64,000 nucleotides of DNA from Octopus vulgaris. Taxonomy: Eukaryota. Location: positions 48,360,001 to 48,424,000 of the forward strand of contig OX597814.1 of assembly GCA_951406725.2 (NCBI GenBank). Reading direction: 5' to 3'. This document shows positions 37,461 through 49,594 of this stretch, piece after piece. The translations under genes and the position numbers were made by a program. Within the stretch, counting starts at the first letter, position 1, and each line of letters starts with the position of its first letter. Below the pieces are notes generated by a model. The model did no database searches. It was not told the origin of the DNA and saw only the letters and a list, made by a program, of their open reading frames with translations.

Positions 37461-39289
37461 GGGGATAACATGTGTGTGTGTATATCTACACAGCTATATC
37501 TAACTATATATATATGCATACATACATGATATGTATGTGCATTAAACACAATGGCACCCATAAATGTGTGTGTGCATTTAGTATCTGCATGCATAACCTT
37601 TTTGTTTTAGTTTAGTTTACTTCACAACCATTTGTTCCAGGTTCAATCCCAGGTAGTGACAACTTGGGTGAGTATTTTCTTATTTAGCTGTGGGTTAACC
37701 AATGTGTTGTGAGTGAATTCAGGGGACAGACACTTTATGGAGGCACATCTCTCTCTCTCACACACACACAGATGTTATGTGTATGCATGTTAAATATATG
37801 TCATGATTATTTCACAACAGCTAACCAACAGTTTTCGCTTGAGTTGTTACCCATTTGTCAGCCTGACTGTCTGTCTGTTAGACTTTCTTTCTTTGTCAGC
37901 GTGACTGTCTGTCTGTCTGTCATGCTTTCTTTCTTTCTATCTCTCTCTCTCCCCCTCTCATTGCCTGACTGTTATTCTATAATATAAATTTATCAAGTTA
38001 GTCATGGTGAATTTAACACATGCTTCTGTTTATTGCATGTGTATTTGGGCATTTTGAGATACATCACATTGTATGTACATATTAAAACTGAATTGCTACA
38101 ATGCAAGGACTATGCCTTTCTTTATAACATTCAAGTAGTTTACCTAACCTTTTATATATTATCTAATACATACATACATACTCTTGTTGTAATAATGCTA
38201 GCAATGCAATACAATTTATGCACAATCATTTTTTTCAAAATTGCTTTTGTTTTGTTCTTGTTATACTTTTCTTTTAATGTGTTTGTAATCTTAAAAAAAA
38301 AATGTGTTAAATTTTATTGGCAGGAGGTGTGTGAATCTGGTTATTTAAAAATATTCTTTGTGACAAGGCTGTCATATTTTTTTGTAGAAAAATATTTATG
38401 AGCATATTACATACCTCCAAGCAAAAATCTCATCACCCCTCCCTCTAAACAAAGCGATTGAAGGAGATTCTCTGTAATGGCACGACCTGCTAGAAATAGC
38501 AGTTAAACCTCTCCTTGTCCTATCTCACAAAAAAACAAAAAAAAAAAAACCAGAAAGGAAAAGACACATTAGATAATGTAGCCCTAGATAACCTAAAAAT
38601 ATGTGATAGTCATGGATGGAACATCTTTTTCTTCATAGGTCTGTAAGACTAGGATTGATCTGTGATTAAAGAAAGGGTACAAACAAATTAGGTTTTTGAT
38701 TATTGATTTACTATATAGCTTTGTGTTCTAATCTTATAACCTTATGGCGAAGGGGTTACGGCTCTGAGTACCTCATCTGTTACAAGGTCATGAACTTTCC
38801 TCTTCACCTCCCCACTACCACTTGTGTTGTATGAGTAAGCTCTTTCCATTTATATTTCCTTAATATATGAGGTGGAAGTGAGTGAAAGAGAGAGAAGGAA
38901 GGAGGGAGGGAGGAGAAAGGGAGAGAGAGTGTGTATGAGTTTTGTGCAAGATTATTCTAGGGGTTGTGGACAACAACAACAATAACAGATAATAAACAGT
39001 TGCAGACTTGCACAAATCCTCCTCCTCCTCCTGATTTTATTCATTCATTTATATACGTGCAAGCTTGGCCATGGGGGTTTAAGAAGTGGATATAAGGTTT
39101 GATCCTACTCTGATGTGCCTTGAGCATATGCTTTTTTATATATAATATATGCATGCGTGTATGTGTGTGTGTGCACATGAATACATACATGTATGCGTGT
39201 ATGTATGTCATTACTCAGTTTTATTTCAAGATTTCTTACCAGTAGAGAAAGAACCAGTTTCTAACCAAGATCCGATGTATGTATGTGTT

Positions 39290-39858
39290 TTTATCTTTTA
39301 CTTGTTTCTGTCCTTAAATCACAGCCATACTGGGGCACCGCCTTGAAGAATTTTTAGCCGAATGTATTGATCCCAGTATATATTTTTTTTAAAGCTTGGT
39401 ACTTATTCTATCAGTCTCTTTTGCCAAACCACTAAGTTTTGGGTATGTGAATACACCAGCACCAGTTGTCAAATGGTGGTGGGAGGCACATATACAAAGA
39501 CACACACACAAAAATGTATATATATAAACAATAAATCAAATAGAGAGATTCAGTTGACAATCCAATGATTTATTATATTTTATATTATATTATATTATAA
39601 TGTTTTACACACCCTTTTGAAGGAATTCCTTTCCTTTGTTTGTTTCTTTATATACATATATATATTCTTCTACTTGTTTCAGTCATTTGACTGTGGCCAT
39701 ACTGGAGCATCACCTTTAGGCGAGCAAATCGACCCCAAGACTTATTCTTTGCAAGCCTAGTACTTATTCTGTCGGTCTATTTTGCCGAACCACTAAGTTT
39801 TGGGGACGTAAACACACCAGCAAGCAATGTTGGTGGGACAAACACACACACACATACA

Positions 39859-39898
<40 letters not shown>

Positions 39899-40220
39899 TA
39901 TACATACGACAGAGTTCTTTCAGTTTCCGTCTACCAAATCCACTCACAAGGCTTTGGTCAGCCCGAGGCTATAGTAGAAGACACTTGCTCAAGGTGCCAC
40001 TCAATGGGACTGAACCTGGAACCATGTGGTTAGTAAGCAAGCTACTTACCACACAGCCACTCCTACGTCTACACACACACATATATACTACAGGCTTCTT
40101 TCAGTTTCCATCTGCCGAATCCATTCACAAGGCTTTTGGTTGGCCCGAGGCTATAGTAGAAGACACTTGCCCACAGTGCCATGCAGTAGGACTGAACTCA
40201 GAACCATGTGGTGGAAAGCA
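39290..40220 (-). mobile_element. Cluster of family B SINEs (partial 39290-39510, full 39665-40065, head 40090-40220)
   Basis: Repeated family B head and tail motifs. Confidence 0.8.
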
Positions 40221-40699
40221 AGCTTCTTGATGCACAGTCATGAAGAAAAATATGTGAACAAATATCTGTGGCACAGTTTTGTTTAGAGAAGATCCTGATT
40301 GCACTGTGGTCCTGAAAGCATCACTGCGGCACATCAAATGTGACTTGCAGGTTCAGGTGATGAAACTGCAATGGATTGCCATCGACAAGGCATTGCCCTT
40401 TCCCACCGTTTTAGCAGCTGAGATCATAGGCCTTCATTTGCTTGTTCTCTTTTGGGGACTTTGGTTACTTTTTTGAAGTATGCCCTTCTAGATGTACCTA
40501 GGTCATTGGGAACAAACTCTCCTCACAAAAGTTTTTGCTGAGATGGTCTTGCTATATAACTGGTCACTTGAGAGTGTGTTGAAATCAGTGTCTGAGGAGA
40601 GGCTGTATATTGCATGTCACTCAGTGAAGAGTATTATCTCTACACAACCTTTGAGCCTTATACATTAATGATATGTATAGTATGTGCAACTCAATATAC

Positions 40700-41115
40700 T
40701 CTTTTTACTCTCTTTTACTCTTTTACTTGTTTCAGTCATTTGACTGTGGCCATGGTGGAGCACCGCCTTTTAGTCGAGCAAATCGACCTCAGGACTTATT
40801 CTTTGTAAGCCTAGTACTTATTCTATCGGTCTCTTTTGCTGAACCGCTAAGTTATGGGGACATAAACACACCGGCATCGGTTGTCAAGCGATGTTGGGTG
40901 GACAAATACAGACACACAAACGTATACACACACAAATATATGTACATATATATGACAGGCTTCTTTCAGTTTCCATCTACCAAATCCACTCACAAGGCTT
41001 TGGTTGGCCCGAGGCTATAGTAGAAGACACTTGCCCAAGGTGCCACGCAGTGGGACTGAACCCGGAACCATGTGGTTCATAGGCAAGCTACTTACCACAT
41101 AGCCACTCCTACACC
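40700..41115 (-). mobile_element. tRNA-derived SINE (family B)
   Basis: Near-consensus match to 18378-18786. Confidence 0.85.
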
Positions 41116-41768
41116 TGATATTTGTATATCGTCATCGTCATTGTTTTAACATCCACTTTTCCATGCTTGCATAAGTCTCACAGAATTTGTTGATTTTCAA
41201 CAGACAATTGCTGTTCTTTTTGCCAATCTTGTTGTTCATGAATAAGCATACTAAAATGCTGATAATATTAGCACAACTTGTTCTCATATAATATATGTAG
41301 AGTTGTAGTTTATATATGAAACAATATACTAGAAAGTAGATAATATCATAAGTAAATACTTCAGAGAAGCTTTGAAAGAGTTTTCAAAAATGTGAAGAGA
41401 TGAAGTTGTGATGCTATGTAAAATATTGAAGTTTGAGACTGGAAGCAGAAATAGCAGGTTTAATTATGTAAGGAAGAAGTCTTCAAATAAGTCTGTTTGA
41501 TCTATTAGTTTGTCTGGTGGGTTTTGTTGACATATATTAGAACTTGACAGGTGCTCCTTAATTAACCAGGTGGAGTTGTAGGATACCAGAACTTCAATAA
41601 ACATTTATGGAAGTGACAACATTCTCCAAAATTAGTATTTGAGTAATTCTCTGAGGGTTTTATGTTTTACAGTATGGTAGCTTCCTATATTATTAATATC
41701 TGAGTCTTCTCGTTCTACTGATATATGGTCTGATTATTTCTCTCATAGATAAGAAATTACAGGGAAGA

Positions 41769-41994
41769 TTAACCCTTTAGCATTCCGATTATTCTGTCAA
41801 ATGTAATGCTTGTTTATTCACAATGTTTTGAATTAATCATGCTCTGTCTTGTACCATTGAGATTTCAATATGATTGTTTATTTTTAGAATGACATAGAAG
41901 GGTAGGTGTGAGAGGCTGAATCTAGCCAGTTTGGACATAAAAAAAGGTAGATTATTTCAGCCAGATATGGCCAGTTTAAATACTAAAAGGTTAA
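41769..41994. mobile_element. piggyBac-type MITE
   Basis: TTAA ccctttagcatt ... aatactaaaagg TTAA. Confidence 0.8.
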
Positions 41995-42311
41995 CGATTA
42001 AAAGTAGGAAAGTGGATAATTTACAACAGTGGAATAATAGTAATGTAGTTAGTGAGTGGTTTGCAAACATTAGAGATAAATAAAATTCTAGATTTGCATA
42101 ACTTCATATTATTGATTTCTTCTGTAGACAATCCTTTTAGATATCCAAAGAGGTACTATGAATTCACACATAGTAAGGAAACTTAGCTGTTTGGTAAAGG
42201 CTTGAGTGAAGAATGTCTGTGATTTCCTCAGATTTACCAACTCTGCTGACATTTGAACCATTTTCTCATTAATTCCCAACTAGGAGCTTTTTTCTCCTTA
42301 TATATATATAT

Positions 42312-43523
42312 TGTTACGGAATCACCCGTCGTCGCTCGCCCCGAACGGCTCACACAAGTTCCGCCACGGAACCCAAAGAGGCGGAGAGAGGAGATACAGA
42401 TAGATACTGCCACAACCTTAACAGCACAGAGATACAGAGGCACAACCCGAGATACAACCCAAAGAGGCAAGGCAACAACTGGCAACACTGGCTTATATTC
42501 AAACAACAGTTTATACGACAATTACAATTGTTACAACATCAAGATACATCAAAGCATGCACGTGACTACTCAATACATAATACAACAGCATTTCAAGAGT
42601 ACAACTCAAAGCATAATACAACATCATGTAACAATTCAAGAGTACACGTCCCAAGACAACAGTTCTTTAAAGTCTCTTCCTAAACATCACAATCAACAAG
42701 TCCTTTACTCTTTTTCTTCACAATGTCCTTTATCGACCACATCGACAGAGTCCTTGACTGTTCTTTTCACTGTTCAATACACCGTGACACATATCAATGC
42801 ACAAACACATACCTCAATTCCTAATTGAATCTGCCAGTGTCCCATTCCTCTCAATACTGCTAATTCCTCTGAATACTGCTAATTCCCTTCTGTGCCGCCA
42901 AGCTTTCTCGCATCCAACTTGCTCCTAAGAATTCCAACGCTTGCTCCTTAAATCCAAGGTCCGTCTGTGTTCTTCGACGACCGCTCAACGACTCCCTTCT
43001 TGACGACCAGCTACCAACTACCCAGATCCGTCCTTCTTGACGACCAACTGCGAACTGCCAGACCTCACTTCGTCTCTGTCTTTCTTCCACTCCCCTCATC
43101 TCCCTCTGTCTATATCGCTCTTACCCTCTCCAACTGCCCTGGTCCTTATACCCTATCTATATCGCCTGCTGTCTCTTAGCCTTTCTATTTGCTATCTGAT
43201 TCCTTACTCTATCTATATCGCCTGCTGTCTCTTAGCCTCTCCATCCGTCCCCTACTGCTTATACCCTATCTCTATTTGCTCTCAGCCCTTAATCTGTCCC
43301 TTTTCTCTTACTGTCAATACCCTCTCCATCTGCTCTTAGATTCCCTTAATCTGTCTTCCTCTTTCACATTCTCACTGACCCTCTTATCAACCACACGAGG
43401 TCACAGGTCATTCCAAAACCCATCAGTCCTCCATTAGACAAAGAACCCGTTACATTTCACCAGACATCATGGTGCCATTATTCCTATGTGGGTCACCAGA
43501 AATGCACCTAGCCAACCGTAACA
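42312..43523 (-). repeat. 3' LTR (1212 bp)
   Basis: Direct repeat of 45536-46787; about 5 transitions and one 40-bp indel seen by eye. Confidence 0.95.
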
Positions 43524-43535
43524 CTACCCCCTACC
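43524..43535 (-). other. Polypurine tract
   Basis: Minus strand GGTAGGGGGTAG immediately before the 3' LTR. Confidence 0.85.
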
Positions 43536-43563
43536 TAAGCTTTTGTCGACCCGACAAAGCATA

Positions 43564-45477
43564 CTAAACTCGCACCTCCGAGCAGCAGACTCTCCAGGGG
43601 CTGGGGGTCCCCTTGGGTGGTTTCTCCTCCGGGGGTCTCACCTCCCACGGCCACCACTTCAGCACCAGCCACAGGTTGGCACCTTCCCTCTGCGGCTTGG
43701 GTAACACCTCCGCCAACGCCGCCAGGCTTCCTACTAGCCGCCCACAATGGGCGCACAGTCCGAGGAAGTTCCTCAAATCCCTTCCACAGGCAGGGTCCGG
43801 CCAATCCTTCACAGTGGCCACCTTCCTCAGGGCTCTATAGCCCACGTAGCACCTTGCTGTACCATCCCCATTCTGCGCAATTATCGCTGATGACCAGGGA
43901 CCATTCTGTCCTTTCACTGTTACCTGTCGCCGATATCTCCTCTTGCGCTGCTGTACTGAGACCTTCCTCCGGCCTCGCTGCCTCCTCAAGCGACAACCGC
44001 CTTGGTCGACGAAACGTTCTGCCAGGTCCGTGCGACCAGCATCCAACAACCCTCGCAACCAACGTCCTGCGCTTTTCACCAACAGTTGCCTCTTCCGCAA
44101 CTGCATCAGCGGACCACGAACTCCCTTAACTTCATCTCTGCACCGGCAGAACTGACCCCGCCGCTGGTTTACCGTCCGGCGCAGTTCCACGATTTGCCCT
44201 CTGCAAATCGCCTGCGCAGCCTTCAATAACTCGGCCGACCCAACCAGCGCTCTGTCAGACTCTGCCTCCACCAGGGTCCAGCCGACCCTCAACTGAGCTC
44301 TTACTCCGCACTGCATGTCGGGCTCCACCGGCCCCACACAACCATCAAATACAGAGCTCCCCCAAGTGCCAACAAAGCACCAGCGACTCCTTGCGGACCG
44401 CTTCCTCAACTGCATCCGTGGGCCACCACCTCCTTCAACTGCGTTGCCGTATCGGCAGAACTGGCCCCACCACTGGTTCGCCATCGGGCACGATTCCTCG
44501 ATTTGCCTTCTGCAAATCGCCTGTGCCACTTCCAAAAGATCGGCCGACCCAGCCAGCGCTCCACCAGCTTCTGCTTCCACTAGGGTCCACCCGACCCTCA
44601 ATCGAGCTTTCACTAGGCACTGCCTGTCGGGCTCCACCGGCCCCAAGCAACCATCAACCACAAAGCTCACCCAACGCTGAAGCAGTCTTCCTGGTCTCAG
44701 TGGACCCACCACCGTTCGCAGCCGTCTTGCCTCGTCAACGGGCTTGGTCCTTTTCCTCACCAGCCTCCGTACCGCAGGCCTCACAACACACACGCTCGGC
44801 CGCCAGTCCATCCACGCCTGTGGCCTCTCCACAGTGGGAACCATACAGTCCCTCTGGGCCCCAAGAGACAGGAGTCCAGACACCAAAGGACTCGCACACG
44901 GCACAACACCTGCCGCGACCATCACACACAGAGCCGGAACCTCGGACTCAGCGACATTCGCCCCAGACCTCGCCAGCTCTTCGTCCTGAGCTCCGAGAGA
45001 CAGGGGTCGAGATGCCAAGGGCTCCAGACACGGAACAACAGCATCAGCCATAACACCTTCAACAGGCTTTTCGGTTACTTCAACCTCTACGGGTTCCAAA
45101 TCACAAGATTTCTTGGGTACAGCGTCACAAATTTCGGCAACCAGCCCAGGTTCCGCAAACACAGCCGGTCCAGCATCACAGATTTCGGCAACCAACCCAG
45201 GTTCCGCAACACTTCCTTCACTATCTGTTTCACTCGATGCTTCGTTTGACGGGCAATCTCTGCCCACAGGACCGTCGCTATCCCCGGTCCAACACCGATC
45301 CTCCAAAGCTGACCCATCTGCAACCTCAAGCTCCCGCTGATCTGCCCACAGGCCCTGTCGCCTCTCGTCCATCCTTTCCATGAATGCATCCGTCTGCGCC
45401 ATCTGGCCCCTTAACATCTCCACAATCAGGGCAAGCGAAATCCCCTCGTCTCCGGTCTGACAGCCAGACAAATCCAT
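43564..45477 (-). CDS. 637-aa open ORF of the LTR element: gag-like N-terminus fused in frame to degenerate pol remnants
   Basis: First ATG at 45477. GPWSSAIIAQNGDGTARCYVGYRAL resembles Gypsy RT SPWSSPVVLV.KKDGS.RFCVDYR.L; TVKDWPDPACGRDLRNFLGLC resembles the RT-RNaseH connection; no YxDD, RNase H or integrase core. Confidence 0.7.
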   Translation of the reverse strand: MDLSGCQTGDEGISLALIVEMLRGQMAQTDAFMERMDERRQGLWADQRELEVADGSALEDRCWTGDSDGPVGRDCPSNEASSETDSEGSVAEPGLVAEICDAGPAVFAEPGLVAEICDAVPKKSCDLEPVEVEVTEKPVEGVMADAVVPCLEPLASRPLSLGAQDEELARSGANVAESEVPALCVMVAAGVVPCASPLVSGLLSLGAQRDCMVPTVERPQAWMDWRPSVCVVRPAVRRLVRKRTKPVDEARRLRTVVGPLRPGRLLQRWVSFVVDGCLGPVEPDRQCLVKARLRVGWTLVEAEAGGALAGSADLLEVAQAICRRQIEESCPMANQWWGQFCRYGNAVEGGGGPRMQLRKRSARSRWCFVGTWGSSVFDGCVGPVEPDMQCGVRAQLRVGWTLVEAESDRALVGSAELLKAAQAICRGQIVELRRTVNQRRGQFCRCRDEVKGVRGPLMQLRKRQLLVKSAGRWLRGLLDAGRTDLAERFVDQGGCRLRRQRGRRKVSVQQRKRRYRRQVTVKGQNGPWSSAIIAQNGDGTARCYVGYRALRKVATVKDWPDPACGRDLRNFLGLCAHCGRLVGSLAALAEVLPKPQREGANLWLVLKWWPWEVRPPEEKPPKGTPSPWRVCCSEVRV

Positions 45478-45514
45478 AGCGAAAAAGAACCGATCGAAAC
45501 GCAGCAATCAGGAC

Positions 45515-45533
45515 AATCCCACTTCTGACACCA
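45515..45533 (-). other. Primer binding site, tRNA-Leu
   Basis: Minus strand TGGTGTCAGAAGTGGGATT, 2 nt after the 5' LTR, complementary to the ...AATCCCACTTCTGACACCA end of metazoan tRNA-Leu(CAA). Confidence 0.9.
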
Positions 45534-45535
45534 GT

Positions 45536-46787
45536 TGTTACGGAATCACCCGTCGTCGCTCGCCCCGAACGGCTCACACAAGTTCCGCCACAGAACCCAA
45601 AGAGGCGGAGAGAGGAGATACAGATAGATACTGCCACAACCTCAACAGCACAGAGATACAGAGGCACAACTCGAGATACAACCCAAAGAGGCAAGGCAAC
45701 AACTGGCAACACTGGCTTATATTCAAACAACAGTTTATACGACAATTACAATTGTTACAACATCAAGATACATCAAAGCATGCACGTGACTACTCAATAC
45801 ATAATACAACAGCATTTCAAGAGTACAACTCAAAGCATAATACAACATCATGTAACAATTCAAAAGTACACGTCCCAAGACAACAGTTCTTTAAAGTCTC
45901 TTCCTAAACATCACAATCAACAAGTCCTTTACTCTTTTTCTTCACAATGTCCTTTATCGACCACATCGACAGAGTCCTTGACTGTTCTTTTCACTGTTCA
46001 ATACACCGTGACACATATCAATGCACAAACACATACCTCAATTCCTAATTGAATCTGCCAGTGTCCCATTCCTCTCAATACTGCTAATTCCTCTGAATAC
46101 TGCTAATTCCCTTCTGTGCCGCCAAGCTTTCTCGCATCCAACTTGCTCCTAAGAATTCCAACGCTTGCTCCTTAAATCCAAGGTCCGTCTGTCTTCTTCG
46201 AGGACCGGCCAGCGACTGCAAGATCCGTCTGTGTTCTTCGACGACCGCTCAACGACTCCCTTCTTGACGACCAGCTACCAACTACCCAGATCCGTCCTTC
46301 TTGACGACCAACTGCGAACTGCCAGACCTCACTTCGTCTCTGTCTTTCTTCCACTCCCCTCATCTCCCTCTGTCTATATCGCTCTTACCCTCTCCAACTG
46401 CCCTGGTCCTTATACCCTATCTATATCGCCTGCTGTCTCTTAGCCTTTCTATTTGCTATCTGATTCCTTACTCTATCTATATCGCCTGCTGTCTCTTAGC
46501 CTCTCCATCCGTCCCCTACTGCTTATACCCTATCTCTATTTGCTCTCAGCCCTTAATCTGTCCCTTTTCTCTTACTGTCAATACCCTCTCCATCTGCTCT
46601 TAGATTCCCTTAATCTGTCTTCCTCTTTCACATTCTCACTGACCCTCTTATCAACCACACGAGGTCACAGGTCATTCCAAAACCCATCAGTCCTCCATTA
46701 GACAAAGAACCCGTCACATTTCACCAGACATCATGGTGCCATTATTCCTATGTGGGTCACCAGAAATGCACCTAGCCAACCGTAACA
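45536..46787 (-). repeat. 5' LTR (1252 bp)
   Basis: Direct repeat of 42312-43523 with an extra 40-bp unit at about 46191-46230. Confidence 0.95.
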
Positions 46788-46800
46788 ATATATATATATG

Positions 46801-47182
46801 TCATCATCATCATCATCGTTTAACGTCCGTTTTCCATGCTAGCATGGGTTGGACGGTTCGACTGGGGTCTGGGAAGCCAGGAGGCTGCACCAGGCTCCAG
46901 TCTGATCTGGCAGTGTTTCTACTGTTGGATGCCCTTCCTAATGCCAACCACTCCATGAGTGTAGTGGGTGCTTTTTACGTGCCACCGGCACAGGTGCCAG
47001 GGGAGGCTGGCAACGGCCACGATCAGTTGGTGGTTTTTACGTGCCAGCAACACGGAAGCCAGTCAAGGCAGCGCTGGCATTGGCCACAAACAGATGGTGC
47101 CTTTTACGTGCCATTGGCACAAGTGCAAGAGTAGGCTGACAATGGCCATGATCGGTTGGTACTTTTTACGTGCCACCGGCAA
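46801..47182 (-). mobile_element. RTE 3' end copy (family A)
   Basis: (CAT)n cgtttaacgtccgttttccatgctagc. Confidence 0.85.
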
Positions 47183-48331
47183 TATATATGAGCATATTAC
47201 ATATACAGAATGGACTCTCAAAATAACACATGCACACTCACTAACAAATACAAAAGCAAGCATGTATTTTCATACACATTAGCTTCTCCCTTTCTTTAAC
47301 AGTCTTGTTTAACCGTTACATTTGTTGGTTACAATCAGTACATTATTTGAGGTTCTCCAAGTCTAATTTACCTGCTGCTTTATGTTTCGTGATGAAGGGC
47401 TATTGTTCAAAATATGAAATGAAATTTATTCCTTTCTCATATAGTGTTTAATTAATTATTTGTGTGCTCCTGTGTTTGTGTTTTTGTTCTTGAGTTCTTT
47501 AGATTAATCTACATATGCAATGTTTACAAAGGCCTGTATCTGTCTGTCTCAGTCTTATTCATTCACTTTTTCTTGTATACTTACATACTTACATGAATGC
47601 ATTTATATCCACCCATTTATTGTTACCTTCTTCTTCCTCATTGTCGTCATCATCATTATCATCTTTTCCTTGATTATCATGTTCACATTCCATGCTTGCA
47701 TGGGTTGGTCAAGTCAACACTGTCTGAGTGAGTTCTGTCCTCGTAGACTGGTACTCATACATTTCATTTTGGTTTGGTTCTATAGTTGGATGTCCTTCCT
47801 ATTACCAACCACTTTACAAAGTGTACTGTGTGCATTTTATCATCGTACCAGCATTAGAGAGGACAAGATAAGCCCAAGGGGTTTATTTTCTCTGCTTGCT
47901 TGCCAATCATTCTACAGAGTGAACCATGTGCATTTTGTATTGGCACCAGCAAGATGTGTACATTTGTCCTAGACAACATAACCAAAGTAGGGAATAGGTA
48001 AGAGAGCAGTAACAGAAGAAAAGCATGAATGGATGGGTGAAGGGAGTAAGAGAATGATGATAGTAACAGAGTGATTAGAGCAAAGAAGAGAGGAGAGAGT
48101 ACCGGGTTATAGCAAGGGTTGAGAGAAAAGTAAGAATCTGTGATATATGATGTATGTTTTTAACTTGACTGCAGCAACCATTTTCAAGTCAACTTGCTCT
48201 ACAAGGCGCTTCTAAGTGGGTTCTTTAAGCTTGAAACCATAAGTCAAATAATTGTTTTATTTAGTCTCTAATCAGTTAGGTATTCCCAGTCATCTAATTC
48301 CTCTAGTCTCTTTGAATGTACTTTGTTATAG

Positions 48332-48424
48332 TTATAATCGTTCTCTGGAACATGATTTTGACACTCAACTGATAGAAAGCTCAGTCTACCAAGGCGATTT
48401 AATGCAGCTTGCTTTTAATTTCTT
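48332..48424 (+). CDS. Candidate 93-bp internal exon of the host gene (YNRSLEHDFDTQLIESSVYQGDLMQLAFNF)
   Basis: tttgttatag acceptor, GTAAGC donor, length divisible by 3, only one frame open, non-repeat sequence; protein not recognised. Confidence 0.3.
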
Positions 48425-48483
48425 GTAAGCAAATGTCAATTCCTGTGCTTTTACCTCTATGCTAACTCAGCTTCCTTTATTAG

Positions 48484-48499
48484 AACAACAACAACACCA

Positions 48500-48572
<73 letters not shown>

Positions 48573-48609
48573 TCACCACCACCACCACCACTACTACTAC
48601 TACTACTAC
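48484..48609. repeat. (CTA)n/(CAA)n/(CCA)n trinucleotide microsatellite
   Basis: Read directly from the sequence. Confidence 0.95.
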
Positions 48610-49594
48610 TGTTTCATTTGAACCTTTGCATAAATTTAACCTATTGCATTGACTAATTTTTATCATATGCAATTTTTTTTTCTTTTTTGTTTTGATTCTA
48701 TTCTGTTGACTTTTCATAGTTGGAAGTAAATGTCAGATTTGGTTGGGAATAATTAAAACGTTAACCTATATTTATTTATATCTGAACAGTCGGTCATTGT
48801 TAAGAAAATTAATTGCAAAATAAAATAAAGTGATCAATCCAACTGCTGTAATATGCATAGTTTTTAATGTGTTTTTTTTTTTTAATTTTTTCTTTCATTT
48901 TAATTCTGTTTCTTTTTCGGTCATACTTTGCTTTCATTGCCCCATGTGCAATTCATAGAAAACCTGAAATGTTTTTCTTTGTATATTCTGCACATTTGAT
49001 TGGTTTCTCACTTCAAGAGATTGAACCAAAAGATCAGTCTAAAAGGTCAAATATTGACCTATAGCTACGTTTTCACTCTCAATACATAAGAGACATATAG
49101 TCTTTGTACTAAAAACTAAATGTTTCATGAAAAATGCATGTTTTGGGTTGTAGTGAAATGTGGACTAGTATCAAATATAACTGGCTCATGTTGTTTCTTT
49201 ACAATCATGATGCTACTTACATCAGTATTTCTTCTTTGATTTTGTTTTCATGGACATGCTGCAGCACATTTTGATACTAATGTTAGTTTTGTTTTAAATT
49301 TGCCTTAATTAGTTATTGTTTTATACTCTAGTAATGATATTCTTTTAGCCACACACACACACACACACATTTATATGTATATATATTCATTCATACCATC
49401 TGCTTGTATTAAAAATTTATATATATATATATAGTGAGAATTTACAAAAAAAAAACAAGACGAAGATGGGTGTGTAAACAACAAACAGATGTATTAGTTT
49501 AATGCTTGGGAATTGTGAAAGTTTTTTACATTTTGAGCCTACACTCTTCGACAGAAATAAACAGGGTTCAGAAAATAGAAATATATATATATAT

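Larger units (their letters stand above)
42312..46787 (-). mobile_element. Young non-autonomous Ty3/Gypsy-derived LTR retrotransposon
   Basis: Two near-identical TG...CA LTRs with TGTTACGG/CCGTAACA ends, ATAT on both flanks (TSD inside a TA run), PBS, PPT, 2012-bp internal region. Confidence 0.95.

Noticed and set aside
42253-42828. 191-aa ORF and other ORFs inside the LTRs
   Set aside because: They lie in low-complexity LTR sequence, cross the element boundary and show no protein motifs
48457-48717. Poly-Val and poly-Leu ORFs
   Set aside because: Translations of the (CTA)n microsatellite
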